DNA of 64,000 nt, taken from assembly GCF_009914755.1 (NCBI RefSeq), contig NC_060938.1; one strand, 5' to 3'. Positions within the stretch are counted from its first letter, which is position 1. The number at the start of each line of letters is the position of its first letter. Source of the DNA: the human T2T-CHM13v2.0 reference genome, Homo sapiens. A program made the translations under genes and the position numbers. Shown here in pieces: positions 44,005-57,683 of this stretch. The notes under the pieces were generated by a model. It made no database searches. It was not told the DNA's origin and was given only the letters and a program-made list of their open reading frames with translations.

Positions 44005-44820
44005 TTTAGTCACCCGGCAGCTGCTTACTGAATGCCTGCTGTGTGCTAGGAGGTGGGGACACATGAAGCTTGTGTCCAGTTTTGAAAGATAGGCCATAAA
44101 CAAATAAATATGTTGTGTATTGGATGATGGTAATGAATAAACTGGTAAAGGGGGGTAGTGAGAACTGGGATAAGGAGGTGACTTTCAGCTCGAAGTAGGG
44201 TCATCAGGGAAGGCCTCATTGACAAGGTGGTATTTGAGTAGAGGCTTGAAAGAGGTAGGGGAGCCAGCCATATGGAAATCCAGGAAAAGTGGAACTGAGA
44301 ACACATACTGTAAGTCATTAAAAGGACTTTGACATTTCCTTTGAGTGAGATGGAAGCCCATTGGAGAGTTTTGAGCAGAAAAGTGACATTATCTGACTTA
44401 TTTCTTAAAATAATTCCTCAGGCTACAGTATAGAGAATGGATAGTAGAGGAACAGTGATGGAATCAGGGACTGGTTAAAGGTTTTTTGAGTAATTGAGGC
44501 TGGAGAAGATGGTGACTTGGACTAGGGTGGCAACAGGAGAGGTGATTAGTGTTCAGATTCTGGATTTGTTTTGAAGGTAGACCCTTCAGGATTTATTGGT
44601 CTTTTGACTGTGGGGAGTGAGGGAATGAGAGGAGTTAAGGATGACCCCACAGTTTTTGGGCTGAGCAGCTGGAATGGCAGAGATGACATTTACTATTTAT
44701 CAGGATGAGGAAGATTACAGGAGGAGCAGGTTTTAGGGAGAGATCAGTGAAGGTGCGAGCAACTGAGATTCCAACTAGATATCCAAAGGTAACATAGACA
44801 GAAGACAGTGGATATACAAT
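44005..44820 (-). mobile_element. L2 fragment
   Basis: cttactgaatgcctgctgtgtgctagg; gagtgagatggaagcccattggagagttttgagcag. Confidence 0.75.
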
Positions 44821-45100
44821 AGTAATTATTTAAACGTTCATTTTGCACAAGTTGATAAATCACAAAAGTTCTGTTTAAATGATTTAAATCTTCATGAAGA
44901 TGTTGCTATAATTCACATTTTATAGATTAGGAAATAATGCAGAAGGATTAATATTCCTAAGATCACTGATATGAAACTTTATTTTATGACTAAGTTCCAG
45001 GTTGTTCTACTGACTTTATTATATTATAAAATAGGCATATAAGGGAAATTTTCATTATTGCCATAATTGAGCAAGTAATACTTCTTGTTGCCTTTACATT

Positions 45101-45145
45101 ACACACACAAACACACACACTTTCTCTCTCTATCTCTCTCTCTCA
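45101..45145. repeat. (CA)n/(CT)n compound microsatellite
   Basis: directly visible. Confidence 0.75.
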
Positions 45146-45863
45146 TAGAGAAGTACAGTAATATCTTTGAGGCTTACGTAGAAAGATAGTTTTTTTGACC
45201 CTTTGGTGTGTTGAAAACATACTATAATATAGGCTTTAATTTTGGATATGCATTTTAAAATTCTTTAAATGGTGAATGGAGATGACTATGAATATAATTA
45301 ATTTTTAAAAGCATATTCTTAAGAAATTTTCTTTTGAAAACAGTTTACTTCATGGTAATTTGTGTTCTCTTCAGTTGTTTAAAGGGGAAATATTTTGCAT
45401 ACTCTTAAGTGTATTCTTTTTTATAGTAGAATGTATGATGTTTATTTTTTGAAACACAAATACAAATAATGGAAACACATGTGATTGTCTGAGCTTTGAC
45501 ATTGTTCTAGGTAGGATGACAAACTGTCACAATCCAAACAGGAAAACAGAAATTAAAACCTCTCTAAAGTTTCTACTCTGTTGCTTAAAGGTTTATGTAC
45601 TGTTTATAATTTTTATTCAATAAAGCGATGGCAAGTTACTTTATCTTATAAAATCCTAAGACACTTAAATTTTATGTAGTGTAATGAGTTAAATGATCAG
45701 GAGCAGATTAATATAGTTCTCTGAAATAAGTACATATCCTTAAAGGTCATATGTCTTAATTTTGTGGAATATGACTATTTAGTTTCTACAACCTTGGATT
45801 TTTAAAAATTATAATTTGTGATCTCTCATCTATGTAAATAGCAAACTCTTTCTGATTATACAG

Positions 45864-46011
45864 GAAGCCCTGCATGTTGCAGGAGTGGAAATGCAGTTAA
45901 CGGCTGCGATGTCATTTCTGACCATTCTGCAGGACGAATCAGTGTCAATTCATGCATATACCCACTCATTCCTCCAAGTCATTCTCCTGCATCTGGAGCA
46001 CAGGGACACAG
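45864..46011 (+). CDS. PPP4R4: PPP4R4 coding exon (exon 4): EALHVAGVEMQLTAAMSFLTILQDESVSIHAYTHSFLQVILLHLEHRDT(G)
   Basis: tacag| acceptor, CAG|gtcagg donor; 148 nt; overlaps ORF 45885..46082; frame continues from the previous exon. Confidence 0.95.
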
Positions 46012-46518
46012 GTCAGGGGCCTGGCATGCTTAATTATATACTTGTTTATTGTTTTTTTGTGTATGGCCATGATATTATATAAATACTGTTAGCCTGATGA
46101 GGATAACTGAGTAAGGCCATGCTGCCTAGGAGTTGAGCAGTGGAATGACTTAAAATAGCTATGGCTGTCTTATAAAACCCACAAAATTTAATATCCTTGA
46201 AAGCTGAAGATCCATTAATTCATCTTATGATTTATACTTTCTTGTTACTTTTTTTCCTTTTCTAGCAGTCATGTTTATAGTATTGTACAATAAAAGAGCA
46301 AACCTTGGTTTAAAGATATCTCACCAATACTATTTTTAAAAATATAAAAATTTTCTAGATGTTGACTGAGACAAAATAATAGAGAAACTTTTTAGAATAG
46401 TAATGAAAATAATTATTTCCATTTTATCATTAAGTGCTATTGTAACTATTAATGGCTGAGTTGAAACTGAATTTGAAGTGAGACGTTTAATTTAGTATGT
46501 TTTATCTCTGTCAACCAG

Positions 46519-46592
46519 GTGTCAGCAATGCATGGCTGGAAACTCTTCTGTCTGTTATAGAAGTATTGCCAAAAGAAACCCTACGGCATGAG
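46519..46592 (+). CDS. PPP4R4: PPP4R4 coding exon (exon 5): (G)VSNAWLETLLSVIEVLPKETLRHE
   Basis: accag| acceptor, GAG|gtaata donor; 74 nt, phase-compatible. Confidence 0.95.
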
Positions 46593-48053
46593 GTAATACT
46601 TTCATGGGGGCAAATACTAATAAGTAAGTCACTCTAAGGTTTTTTTTTAAAAGGTTTCTTGTCAAAAATGGTTTTTAAAAAAGAAAGTTGTTTTTCATTT
46701 TGAATGTAACACGTGCACATTGGAGGAAATTTGAGAAATATAAAATATAGAAGGAAGAAAAAAGAATTCATAGCTCTGTACTTGTCCACTTTTAAGGTCC
46801 TGATGTATTTCCTTTCAGATTTTTTTCCTATATATGGTTGCTGCTTGGCTTGCTATATCAGTGATCATACTGAATTTATATATGGTTGTTTTTCACTTAG
46901 CATTACTTTCCTATATTTTTTAAACTCATTTGATAGTAGCTGCAGAATATTTTACTTGTGAAACATTTAAGCCTGTTTTCAGGCTTATATTTTACTATTG
47001 AATAGGACATTAATGAGCATTTCTGTAGAGCTCTTCCTGTTTTTCAGATAATTTAATTGTAGCTTTCAAACAGGAATTAATGGATCAGAGGGCATTAATA
47101 TTCTTAAGCTTTTGACTAACAATATGTGAAGATGCTCTTTTCCTAGACTTTTATCAGCAATAGTGTTTCTGTTACATTTAATGGGCCAAAAATGGAATTA
47201 CATTTTATTGGAATTTTTAAATTATTGTGCTGTTGAATATTTTCTCATATTTATATCAGTTTCTCTTTATTCCTTTGCAATTGTTTGATCCTATCCTTTA
47301 ATCACTATTTATATGTGCTATTTACCTATTATGGTTGCCAATTCTTTGTTATATTTACAAATATTATTCCCAGCATGTTGTTTGCCTATTAATTTTCAAC
47401 ATTGAACAGCATACTCTTCTCTAAAGACTTTAAATAAATTACAATGACAGAAGAAGAAAAATGGAAAGAAAAGTATCCACTAATGAAAAGATTTTGTATT
47501 CTTTGAACATTATTCCTATATACATTTCTTTCCAAATATGTCATGATTGAAAAAAAGAGTCATCAGCCAATGAAATGTCCTCTACTGACTTCATTAAGTG
47601 TCTTTGTCCTTTCTTTGTCTTCATACAGTTTATGGTCCTGTCACAACGCTTAAATACTGGCTTGAAAATGGGAAGATTTTCTAGTTATAAGGATGTTTGC
47701 ATACTTGATGCCAAACATCTAGATGATTATGCATATTTAAGTGCTGAATGTAATATAGACATGTGATTTTTATATTTTTTTGAAAAGCAATATGCTGTAT
47801 AATGCAATTTTTACTCTAGAATACCATATTATTTAACATGTGGTTTCAAAGATTTTAGATATGTAATTTATTCTAAACTTTTCACTTCTAAATTATCAAT
47901 GCATATTCAGTAATTCCAGCTACTTTGAGAGGAAACAAGCCAGTTGACTATAGAGTCATAGAATTTTAGAAATTAAAGAGATCTTAGTAGGACATATTCT
48001 TGTTTCCATTTTAAATAGATGAGAAACTGGAGATTAGAAATAGCGAGATTATG

Positions 48054-48408
<355 letters not shown>

Positions 48409-48929
48409 TCATAGTGTTTTATGGTCTGTCAGGCTGTTGTAGTATTTGAGTGTCCAGTATATACATAATGCAATATCAGACTTGGCTTATTGTACTCAAA
48501 TGACAGAATTATTTAATAGGATTTATTTGAAGCTATAATGTTTTTCATCCCATTAGGATACATATAAAAATTAATCTATATGGAATAAAAATACATTTCA
48601 AGGTATTTAGTCATTATTTGCTCTTTTCTTTTTAAAATATGTATTTCAAAATTCTACTTTTATCTGTGCATACAGAGCATTGTAAAATCACCATAAACTT
48701 TACTTCAGTTTTTTCCTAATTGTTTTAATTGCATAATTTGTAATTATCTTTACCTTAATAACTCAGAAGACAAATAAGATAATCCAAGTTATTGAGTCAT
48801 GAACCTCAAATCGTAATTCAGGTTCTTTAAAAACATTTAGAACTTTAAAATACTCTGAAGGAATAGCTGACATGAGTGGCATGAATGTATAAAATTTTGT
48901 GAATTTTTTTCTCTAAATTTTCTCTTTAG

Positions 48930-49036
48930 ATTTTGAATCCACTTGTTTCCAAGGCACAACTTTCCCAAACAGTCCAGTCTCGTTTAGTTAGTTGTAAAAT
49001 TTTAGGAAAATTGACCAACAAATTTGATGCCCACAC
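48930..49036 (+). CDS. PPP4R4: PPP4R4 coding exon (exon 6): ILNPLVSKAQLSQTVQSRLVSCKILGKLTNKFDAH(T)
   Basis: ttctctttag| acceptor, CAC|gtgagt donor; 107 nt. Confidence 0.95.
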
Positions 49037-49838
49037 GTGAGTATTTGTATGTAATTTTCGGTCTACTTTATTACATTGGTTTAAAATGTATAATGACTGT
49101 GTAACAATATATTTGTGTTATTTCATACTGCATACAAATTTAGTTATCTTAACTATTTTAACTTTATGGAATTCTCATGACGAATTTACTTATTCAGATG
49201 CCTTTCTTTTCAATCTCATAACTTTTCAGAATTGGTAAGGTTAACTTTTTTCCTACTTCCTATCTTAATCTTCCCTATCTCATACCAAATATAGTTTTGA
49301 GGATAAAATAGCGTTATCTTATTGACTTTCAAAATTGGCAGCGGCATAAAGATAGAATTGCTGCTTTTTTACACTGTTGTTATGAATTTGTTATTTTGAA
49401 TAATTTAACTTATTGTGAGGTTTTATGGAGCATGTTTATAATTCATGTGCTACTTCTTGCCTGCTTATTAAATACCAAATGAAAAGAATGGAATGTTTTA
49501 TAATTATGATACAAGAGTAAAGCTGAAGAGTATTTTGGTTGATGGTTGCTAGACTCAGATATTCTACTGCTACAGCCTTTTATCTTAGCTATAGACATTT
49601 CAACTGCCAATCCAAAATTAACCATTATTTTAAAAAGACTGTGTGATATACATAATTTACAAGTAGCTAATAACATCCAAATTTAATAACATGTAAAATA
49701 CCTTGTAAACTATTATTTTTTTTCTATTAAAGTACATTTGTTATTATTAAGGTGAGTTAAGATTTTAATGATAATTGTTTGGGAATATTATTCTGAAACA
49801 CTCATTCATTTGCATGTTTCTTTTCTCCCCACCTTCAG

Positions 49839-49946
49839 CATTAAGCGAGAAATACTTCCTCTGGTAAAATCACTCTGTCAAGATGTAGAATATGAAGTTC
49901 GATCTTGTATGTGTCGGCAATTAGAAAATATAGCCCAGGGCATTGG
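49839..49946 (+). CDS. PPP4R4: PPP4R4 coding exon (exon 7): (T)IKREILPLVKSLCQDVEYEVRSCMCRQLENIAQGI(G), HEAT repeat
   Basis: ccttcag| acceptor, TGG|gtaggt donor; 108 nt; HEAT-type LP..L..D....VR motif; ORF 49768..49950. Confidence 0.95.
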
Positions 49947-50258
49947 GTAGGTATACTTTGAATTCCTTATGCCATTTCCATGAAAACATGCCATTGAAAG
50001 GCTGTATTTGATCTTTAAAAATGATCATAACAAGTACCTCCTCTATGTCTGGATTAAAAGAGATAAAGAGGAATGTGCTTAGCATGGTGGTAGGCGTTTG
50101 ATTAATGTTAATTTCTTTTTTTCTCACCTTAGTTGCTTAGTTATCATTCCAGACACCTAGATTCAGGAAAGAAAAGATAGCCCAATATAAACCATACTTG
50201 GAATATGTTTGACTGGCTATTCTTTGACTATATTATTGGGTCATTTCAGATGGGATTG

Positions 50259-50589
50259 CAGTTGTCCCTCCATATCCTTGGGAACTTGGTTCCAGGACCT
50301 CTTTTGGATACCAAAATCTGAGGATGCTCAAGTCTCTGATATAAAAGAGTGTAGTATTTCCATATGACTTGCTTATATCCTTCCACATGTTTAAAATCAT
50401 CTCTAGATGCTAATAGTACCTAATACAATATAAATGCTATGTAAATAGTTATGCTGTATTGTTCAGGAAATATTGACAAGAAAAAAGTCTGTACATGTTC
50501 AGTAAAGAAGAAATTTTTTTCTGAATATTTTCTATTCATGGTTGGTTAAATCCACAGATGTGGAACCTGCAGATGTTGAGGGCCGACTA
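50259..50589. mobile_element. MER2-like TcMar-Tigger DNA transposon
   Basis: cagttgtccctccatatcc...ggttccaggacc...gagggccgact. Confidence 0.75.
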
Positions 50590-50597
50590 CACTCTAA

Positions 50598-50972
<375 letters not shown>

Positions 50973-51302
50973 TGTTGCTCCCCTTGTTCTATGGGTGCCT
51001 GAAGCTCCAGGAGAGGCATAGCAGCCAATCTCTTCACCCATAAGAACTGATCTCATTTCAATCTTAGAAGTGTGATATTAAAGGGAGTCTTACCTAAAAA
51101 CCATCTTGGGAAATCTTTTCTTTTAAAAACAAGATTCAAAATTGGTACAAAAATCATTGGAACCTCTCATTTTTAGCAGAAGTTGCACTGATTTCATCTG
51201 GTTCTTTGTTGCACAAGCTAGGACAATCAGATTGTGGTCATTGGTACCTTTGTTAATTTTTTAAAAATCTGGGCCAATATTTAAGGCTCCGAAAAGGCTT
51301 TT

Positions 51303-51368
51303 GAATGTCACACAGGGTATGGTAGAGTGTCACACAGGGTATGGTGGAATGTCACACAGGGTATGGTA
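51303..51368. repeat. 22-bp tandem repeat x3 (gaatgtcacacagggtatggta)
   Basis: directly visible. Confidence 0.9.
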
Positions 51369-51864
51369 GTGTACTCTGTCCTGTGTCCACTGTTGCTAAA
51401 TAGTATTTAAGTGTCGTGTTGGAAGTTTAACACAATTAATGAAAGAGTTATCTGTTATGATTATTTTCTTTTTTAATGCCCAGAGATAATTAAGTTGAAT
51501 TTGCATCACTGTCACATGTTTTTGAAAAAAAGAGAACTCTGTTTAAAGATTGAATGGAAATAACTTTTACTATAGAGATGAAATTATTTTTCTTAAACTA
51601 TTTTCTTTCATTGTTAATAAATTCAAGGATTTCAGTAGGTATACAAATATATTCTGAGCAAAATTTATATGAAATAAATTTTTATGAACTTTGGATTTGT
51701 TCTATCACATTTTACTCTTCTACCTCCTCTGTCTATATCCTGTATTTGCTGAATGTTTGTGAAGTACTGGTAATGTTAACATCTCTATCTGTATGATCTA
51801 GATCAATCTCTTAGAAAAACATGTTTTTTTGTGGCTCTTCAATTGCTTAAGTCCTTGTCATTGT

Positions 51865-52042
51865 GGTATGCTGCCTAATATGGTAGCCCCTAGTCACATG
51901 TGGCTATTTTAGTTTAAAATAAGGAAAATTAAAGAAAATTAGAGCTTTAGTTCCTCATTCATAATAAACTTATTTTAAAAAATGCTCAATAGTACCCTAC
52001 TGAAGAGTACAAATGATAAACATTTCCATCATTGGAGAAAGT
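51865..52042. mobile_element. MER3/MER33-like hAT fragment
   Basis: aatatggtagcccctagtcacatgtggcta...agaaagttctacttgacagc. Confidence 0.6.
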
Positions 52043-52839
52043 TCTACTTGACAGCATTGTCTTAGAGTCTTTGAGATTTGCGCTGAAATTTTTAAAAGTT
52101 TTCTACAACTCTTAATAACTTTCTTGGACTCTATCAACATCTTATGTCAATTATAATTGATGCTGTTTTCCATCTTGTACCCAAGAAAGCTAACCACATC
52201 ACAAGGCTCTCCTTGATCAGAGTGTTTGTCATTACAGTGACACCTTATCATGAGGAATAAGCAGAAACAAAATGTTGAATACAAACTATTTGTGATTGTA
52301 TTATAAATATTGTATACTCCCTAAAAGTATTTATATTATGTTTCATTCTGCTAGGTAGGACACCTAGAGTGATATATCATCTTCTATATAGAAATTAGTT
52401 ACCATAATTTCATGTATTAGGTGAATGGAAAATAATTTATACCCTGAAATCTAGATAGAAATATATTATTTAGGTTTCTGCAGTTACTACTGATAAGTTT
52501 TTCTAATTAGTCCAGATTTTTGCTGAAGTTGCTTAAAATGGAAAACTATATTATAATTTATAAAGTTTGATATAAACTCTTAGTTATTAAGATTTCTGTA
52601 GGTAACAATATTATGCTGGAGGAAGTGGGATTGATTGAAATCATTATGAAATTACTATTAATGTTTCTTATATGTATGGTGTGCTTTCCCAATAAGACTG
52701 AAAGCTTCTGGAGAGCAGGAACAGTATCTTTATGATTTTTCATATTTTCTGCAGCAACTAGCCCAGTCACTGGTTTTTAGTAAGTTCCTGCTACACATTT
52801 ATTGATTTGATTTATTTTCTTCTATTGCTTATTGTGCAG

Positions 52840-52961
52840 GACAGAACTTACAAAAAGTGTGGTGCTCCCTGAATTAATAGAACTTTCTAGGGATGAAGGC
52901 AGCAGTGTACGACTTGCAGCTTTTGAAACTTTGGTTAATCTGCTTGATATATTTGATACAG
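52840..52961 (+). CDS. PPP4R4: PPP4R4 coding exon (exon 8): (G)TELTKSVVLPELIELSRDEGSSVRLAAFETLVNLLDIFDT(D), HEAT repeat
   Basis: tgtgcag| acceptor, CAG|gtaaat donor; 122 nt; ORF 52832..53026. Confidence 0.95.
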
Positions 52962-53138
52962 GTAAATCATGTGGCTACATCTTTGCTTCTGAAAACAGTG
53001 TTTTTCTACATGTTTTATGTCACTAATAAGGAATAAAAGTAGATTTAGAATTTCCTATGTTAAGCCTCCCTTCCTCTCCCTCTTTTTATGATTCATTCTG
53101 TTTTCGTGTCTTCTTGGCTTTCACTTTTACCCTCATGG

Positions 53139-53590
53139 TGTCGTAGTCCATTTTGTGTTGCTGTAACAGAATACCTGAGACCAGGTAATTTATAAAGGAA
53201 TTTATTTTGGCCCACATTTCTAGAGGCTGGGAAGTTCAAGATCAGGCAGCCCCATCTGACCTGTTTCTGATGAGGGCCTCATGCCACCTCGTAATCTGGC
53301 AGAGAAGTGGAAGGTGAAGCAGGCCTGCAAAAGGGAGAGGGAACAAAAGAAGCTGACTTTGTAACAACCTGCTCTCCAGAGAACTAACCCAGTCCCACGA
53401 GAGCTAACCCAGTCACTTGTGAAGGAGATCTCAATACCACAGGAACTTCACCAGTCAACCCACGAGGGTGGAGCCAGTGGGTGGACCCATGCGGCCCCAC
53501 CTCTTAAAGATTTCACCTTCCAGTATTGCTGCACTGGGGCCAAGCCTTGACAGGCATTTTGATGGAGACAAACCATATTAAAACCAGTAC
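53139..53590 (-). mobile_element. MST-type MaLR LTR
   Basis: tgttgctgtaacagaatacctgagaccaggtaatttataaag...ggctgggaagttcaagatc. Confidence 0.8.
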
Positions 53591-54474
53591 CCTATGGCAT
53601 ACAGTGTTGCTACATATTCCATCTCTCTTTTCTCCCATCAAAACTTAACTGACTTGTGTGTGTATAGGGCTAAGAATTTGACTTTAACTTTTTCACCTAA
53701 TTGACATTAAGACAGATCCTGAGACATTGTCTACATGAGTTTCCTCTCCTTAATAATATTTTAATGCTAGAGATCTCATGGCCATTGGGGGAGAAATTTG
53801 GGATGGGGTATTTGAGTGGGAGAGGGTAAAGAGATATTCCTTAGTGTTATGTAAATCATGTCACAAAGACAGTTAACTGCTCTACTGAATGTATGGCTAG
53901 ACTCTTGACTAATGCTGGATATTAGTTATCAGTAAACATTAACTATTTTGATAAAGAGAAATTTGGAGGAGTAAATGTCAAGTACTTAGGTACAGAATTC
54001 AATCGTATAATTATAGTATTACATTTACTTGGATTACCAACATTTTATCTGAACTCTAGGAAGCCTCTTAAAGATTATTGCAATATGGACAATAATTGTG
54101 TTTGGAAATTCCAGAACAGTCATTTAGACAATATGACAAACCAGAGGAGTAAAACTGCAGTACATGATAAGTGAATGAATAAATCTTTTTTCCTCTAATA
54201 ATGGGGCATCCCCAGGCTCCAAACTAGAACCTTGCCATCATCTTTGATCTTTTCTCTTTTACTGCCCACACCCATTTATCACAGAGCTGGGCCTAACCTG
54301 TGTTTGTGGCTTTATTTCCTACCATTCTTTCCCACTCCTCTTGTGTCTGATGCTCCAGTCCCACTTCCTTAGCATACCAGATTCTTTCACACCTCTAGTC
54401 TTCTCTCATACTTTTTCTTTCTCTATTGTTTCCTTCCCTCTATTTTTGTCCTAGCCAACTCCTTCTGCTTCTTT

Positions 54475-54762
54475 TTTTTTTTTATTATTATAGTTTAAGT
54501 TCTAGGGTACATGGGCACGACGTGCAGGTTTGTTACATATGTATACATGTGCCATGTTGGTGTGCTGCACCCATTAACTCGTCATTTACATTAGGTATAT
54601 CTCCTAATGCTATCCCTCCCCCCTCCCCCCACCCCACGACAGGCCCCGGTGTTCGATGTTCCCCACCCTGTGTCCAAGTGTTCTCATTGTTCAATTCCCA
54701 CCTATGAGTGAGAACTTGCGGTGTTTGGTTTTTTTGTCCTTGCAATAGTTTGCTGAGAATGA
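54475..54762 (-). mobile_element. Strongly 5'-truncated young L1PA 3' UTR (about 290 bp) with TSD tccttctgcttcttt
   Basis: ttaagttctagggtacatg...cctaatgctatccctcccc; TSD 54460-54474 / 54763-54777. Confidence 0.9.
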
Positions 54763-54831
54763 TCCTTCTGCTTCTTTAGTTCCCAGTTTAAATACAGTTT
54801 CCTCCCTGACATCTTTCTAAATCCTTTACAC

Positions 54832-55030
54832 CAGGGGTTGGCAAACTATGGCCCTTAGACCAAATCTGGCCCACCGCCTGTTTTTGTGAATAAAGTTTAT
54901 TGGGACAGAGCCACACTTATTTGTTCACATATTGTCTGTGGCTGTTTTTGTGATGCAAGAACAGAGCTGAGTAGTTGAGACAGAGCCTGCAAAGCCTAGA
55001 ATATTTACAAAAAAAGTTTATAGATCCCTG
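54832..55030. mobile_element. MER58A-like hAT DNA transposon
   Basis: caggggttggcaaactatggccc...aaatctggcccaccgcctgtttttgt. Confidence 0.8.
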
Positions 55031-55947
55031 CCTTATACCAGCTATTAAGACAGTGATCACATTGTCTTATATTTTTTGTGTTTGGCTTTTTTGCTGGTTT
55101 ACATTTCTCAAAATCAGAGACCATTTATTATTCATATTTCTACTTCTACTTAGTTACAAGGCTTGTTCTGTAAGAAATACAGTGTGTTGAATGAATGTCA
55201 TTTAACAAAAATAGTAGATATGGCACCGAAATGTAATGATAATAGTAATAATAATACTCATAAGCCTGTTATAGCATTTTATTTAGTATTTCTAGATAAT
55301 AAAGAAGTGATTCATTTCTGAAATTTAAGAAAACTGTGAGAAATTTGGAGAGCATTTAGAATTGAGACTTAAAAATCACCAGTATGTCAGATACTTATGA
55401 CCTAAGCAGATGTACTCAAATAATTGATTAATTTTTTAAAGAAGAGCCATCTAAGAAGTAAAAGTGATGAAATTCAATACATAGAACATATTATAAGCTA
55501 ATGTAATTTTAGTAATAAATGAAATGATAAAATGGGCTTAAGCTGTAGCATGGTATGAGATGTGTGTAAAAGAGAATAAGAAAAGTTTCCTTTGCTTACT
55601 GTTTATCTATTTATGTTAATGGTGTTAGAATTCTTTTAGTTATTCAGGCTCAAATCCTCAATCATCTTAGCTTTTTAATTCATAATCACTCTTTATATTC
55701 TGTTCCCAATGGCCTGCAGTATGAAGTCCAAACCCCTTAACCTGACATTAAAGTTTTTGATCATTTCAAGCCTCCTCTTACCCCTTTTTCACCACCCACC
55801 TCCATCGTTGTTGCTTTCAGGTATTTTCTATTACTATGAGGCTAACATAGTAATTTTTCTTTCTGGAATTTGTGTGTGTATTAGTTTCCACATGTGCAAT
55901 GTGGACGACTGAATTTAAAGTATGTATTATTTTGTTTTGTTTTCCAG

Positions 55948-56070
55948 ATGACAGAAGTCAAACTATACTTCCCTTAGTGAAATCATTTTGTGAAAAATCT
56001 TTCAAAGCAGATGAATCAATTCTTATTTCTTTATCTTTCCATTTAGGAAAACTATGTCATGGACTATATG
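55948..56070 (+). CDS. PPP4R4: PPP4R4 coding exon (exon 9): (D)DRSQTILPLVKSFCEKSFKADESILISLSFHLGKLCHGLY(G)
   Basis: ttttccag| acceptor, ATG|gtatga donor; 123 nt; ORF 55872..56171. Confidence 0.95.
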
Positions 56071-57062
56071 GTATGATATATCCTAAGAATTTTGAGACTG
56101 TAGATAATTTTTCCCTTTTTTTTCTACCTCAGTCATTAAACTTTGGCTCTTCAGTTAATTGTAAAGCCTAACTCTTAAGTATATAAAAATCTTATGAGAT
56201 CTTAGAATTTTGATAGCATCATTTAGAGCACATTTAGGAATGACTTTTTCACCAATAGAACCTATTTGAAAGAACAGTGACAGAATGAAGTAAGCATAGC
56301 TCTTTAAATCTCTGAATATTTTATAATTATGTATTATTTGGTATGTGATAATAGAAGCTCAGGCTTATTAACTATTTGTACGTAGTAAGTATACACTTAT
56401 TAACCATTTATTGAATAATTTATTATATCATTAGAGAAGTTCAGCTTGGGATGTAGAATAATGCCATAACTCTTGGCATTTTGAACACATAGTTCTTAGC
56501 TTTCCGTATCGATGTGAGATAGACTGTTTAATAATGAACTCGTAACAATATATTATGAGTTTCTAGCTCCTTGAGATAGTTAATGAAGTGGAACCATTCC
56601 ATTGATTAAAAATATTTTGAATTTATTTGCTGTCTTTCAGATTCAATTTTTAAGCTCCTTCCCTGCAGAGACACATACACACATGCATGTGTCTTTTCTG
56701 TCAGCAATTTTAGAACATTTACTATAATAGCAGATGTATAAATAGCCACAATGTTACTATTAGTGACTTTTTAGTGGCCTACAATATGATACATGCTGCA
56801 GCAATTAATGCAGCTACAGTTCCTGCGTTATGTAAGTTATACTTTTGAAATTAAAATATTACTGGTATTAACATGAGGTAAAATAATGTGATCTGTTAGA
56901 TTCCTAACAGATACTCTTTTCATGTTCCTTTTATTTATAAAGTATCTGTAACCATTTATTTAAGTATTTGGCTCCAATTATATTTTTATTGTACTTTGAT
57001 TTTCCCTTTTTAAATTTTGTTTTCAATTGAAATGTTGAGCTAGTTTTTTATATTTGTTTTAG

Positions 57063-57232
57063 GAATTTTCACTCCAGATCAGCACTTGAGATTTTTGGAA
57101 TTTTATAAGAAACTTTGTACATTGGGTTTGCAACAAGAAAATGGACACAATGAAAACCAGATTCCACCCCAAATCCTAGAGCAGGAGAAGAAATATATTT
57201 CAGTACGGAAGAACTGTGCTTATAACTTTCCG
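57063..57232 (+). CDS. PPP4R4: PPP4R4 coding exon (exon 10): (G)IFTPDQHLRFLEFYKKLCTLGLQQENGHNENQIPPQILEQEKKYISVRKNCAYNFP
   Basis: tgttttag| acceptor, CCG|gtaata donor; 170 nt; ORF 57086..57322. Confidence 0.95.
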
Positions 57233-57563
57233 GTAATAAATATGTATTTATATTTACTGAGGATTTTTATTATAACTTTAAAATATGTGCATAGATGGCA
57301 TTCAAAATATTGCCATTTTTGACACTTGCTGCTTGCATTATGTCTAGCATACATAGTATGTGCAGAGTAAATATTTGTGAAATTTATATCTCTACGTATA
57401 AATCAGAATAATAGACACATATTTGGATCTTCCAAATATGATTTTTAGTTAAATTACAATTCAGAGAACATGATTTCAATTTAAGTGAAACGATTATAAT
57501 ATTAGGTATTGATGCATGTTTTTCTTTCCTTCCCACTCATCTCCTCCCTTCCACCTCCACCAG

Positions 57564-57683
57564 GCCATGATTGTTTTTGTTGATCCTAAAAACTTCCACA
57601 TGGAACTCTATTCTACATTCTTCTGCCTTTGCCATGACCCTGAAGTACCAGTCAGATACACTATTGCTATTTGCTTTTATGAA
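57564..57683 (+). CDS. PPP4R4: PPP4R4 coding exon (exon 11): AMIVFVDPKNFHMELYSTFFCLCHDPEVPVRYTIAICFYE
   Basis: C-rich pyrimidine tract ending ccaccag|, GAA|gtaagt donor; 120 nt; ORF 57516..57701. Confidence 0.95.

Noticed and set aside
49947-49956. Tandem donor gtag|gtatac 4 nt downstream of the exon 7 donor
   Set aside because: It would frameshift, and there is no evidence of use from sequence alone.
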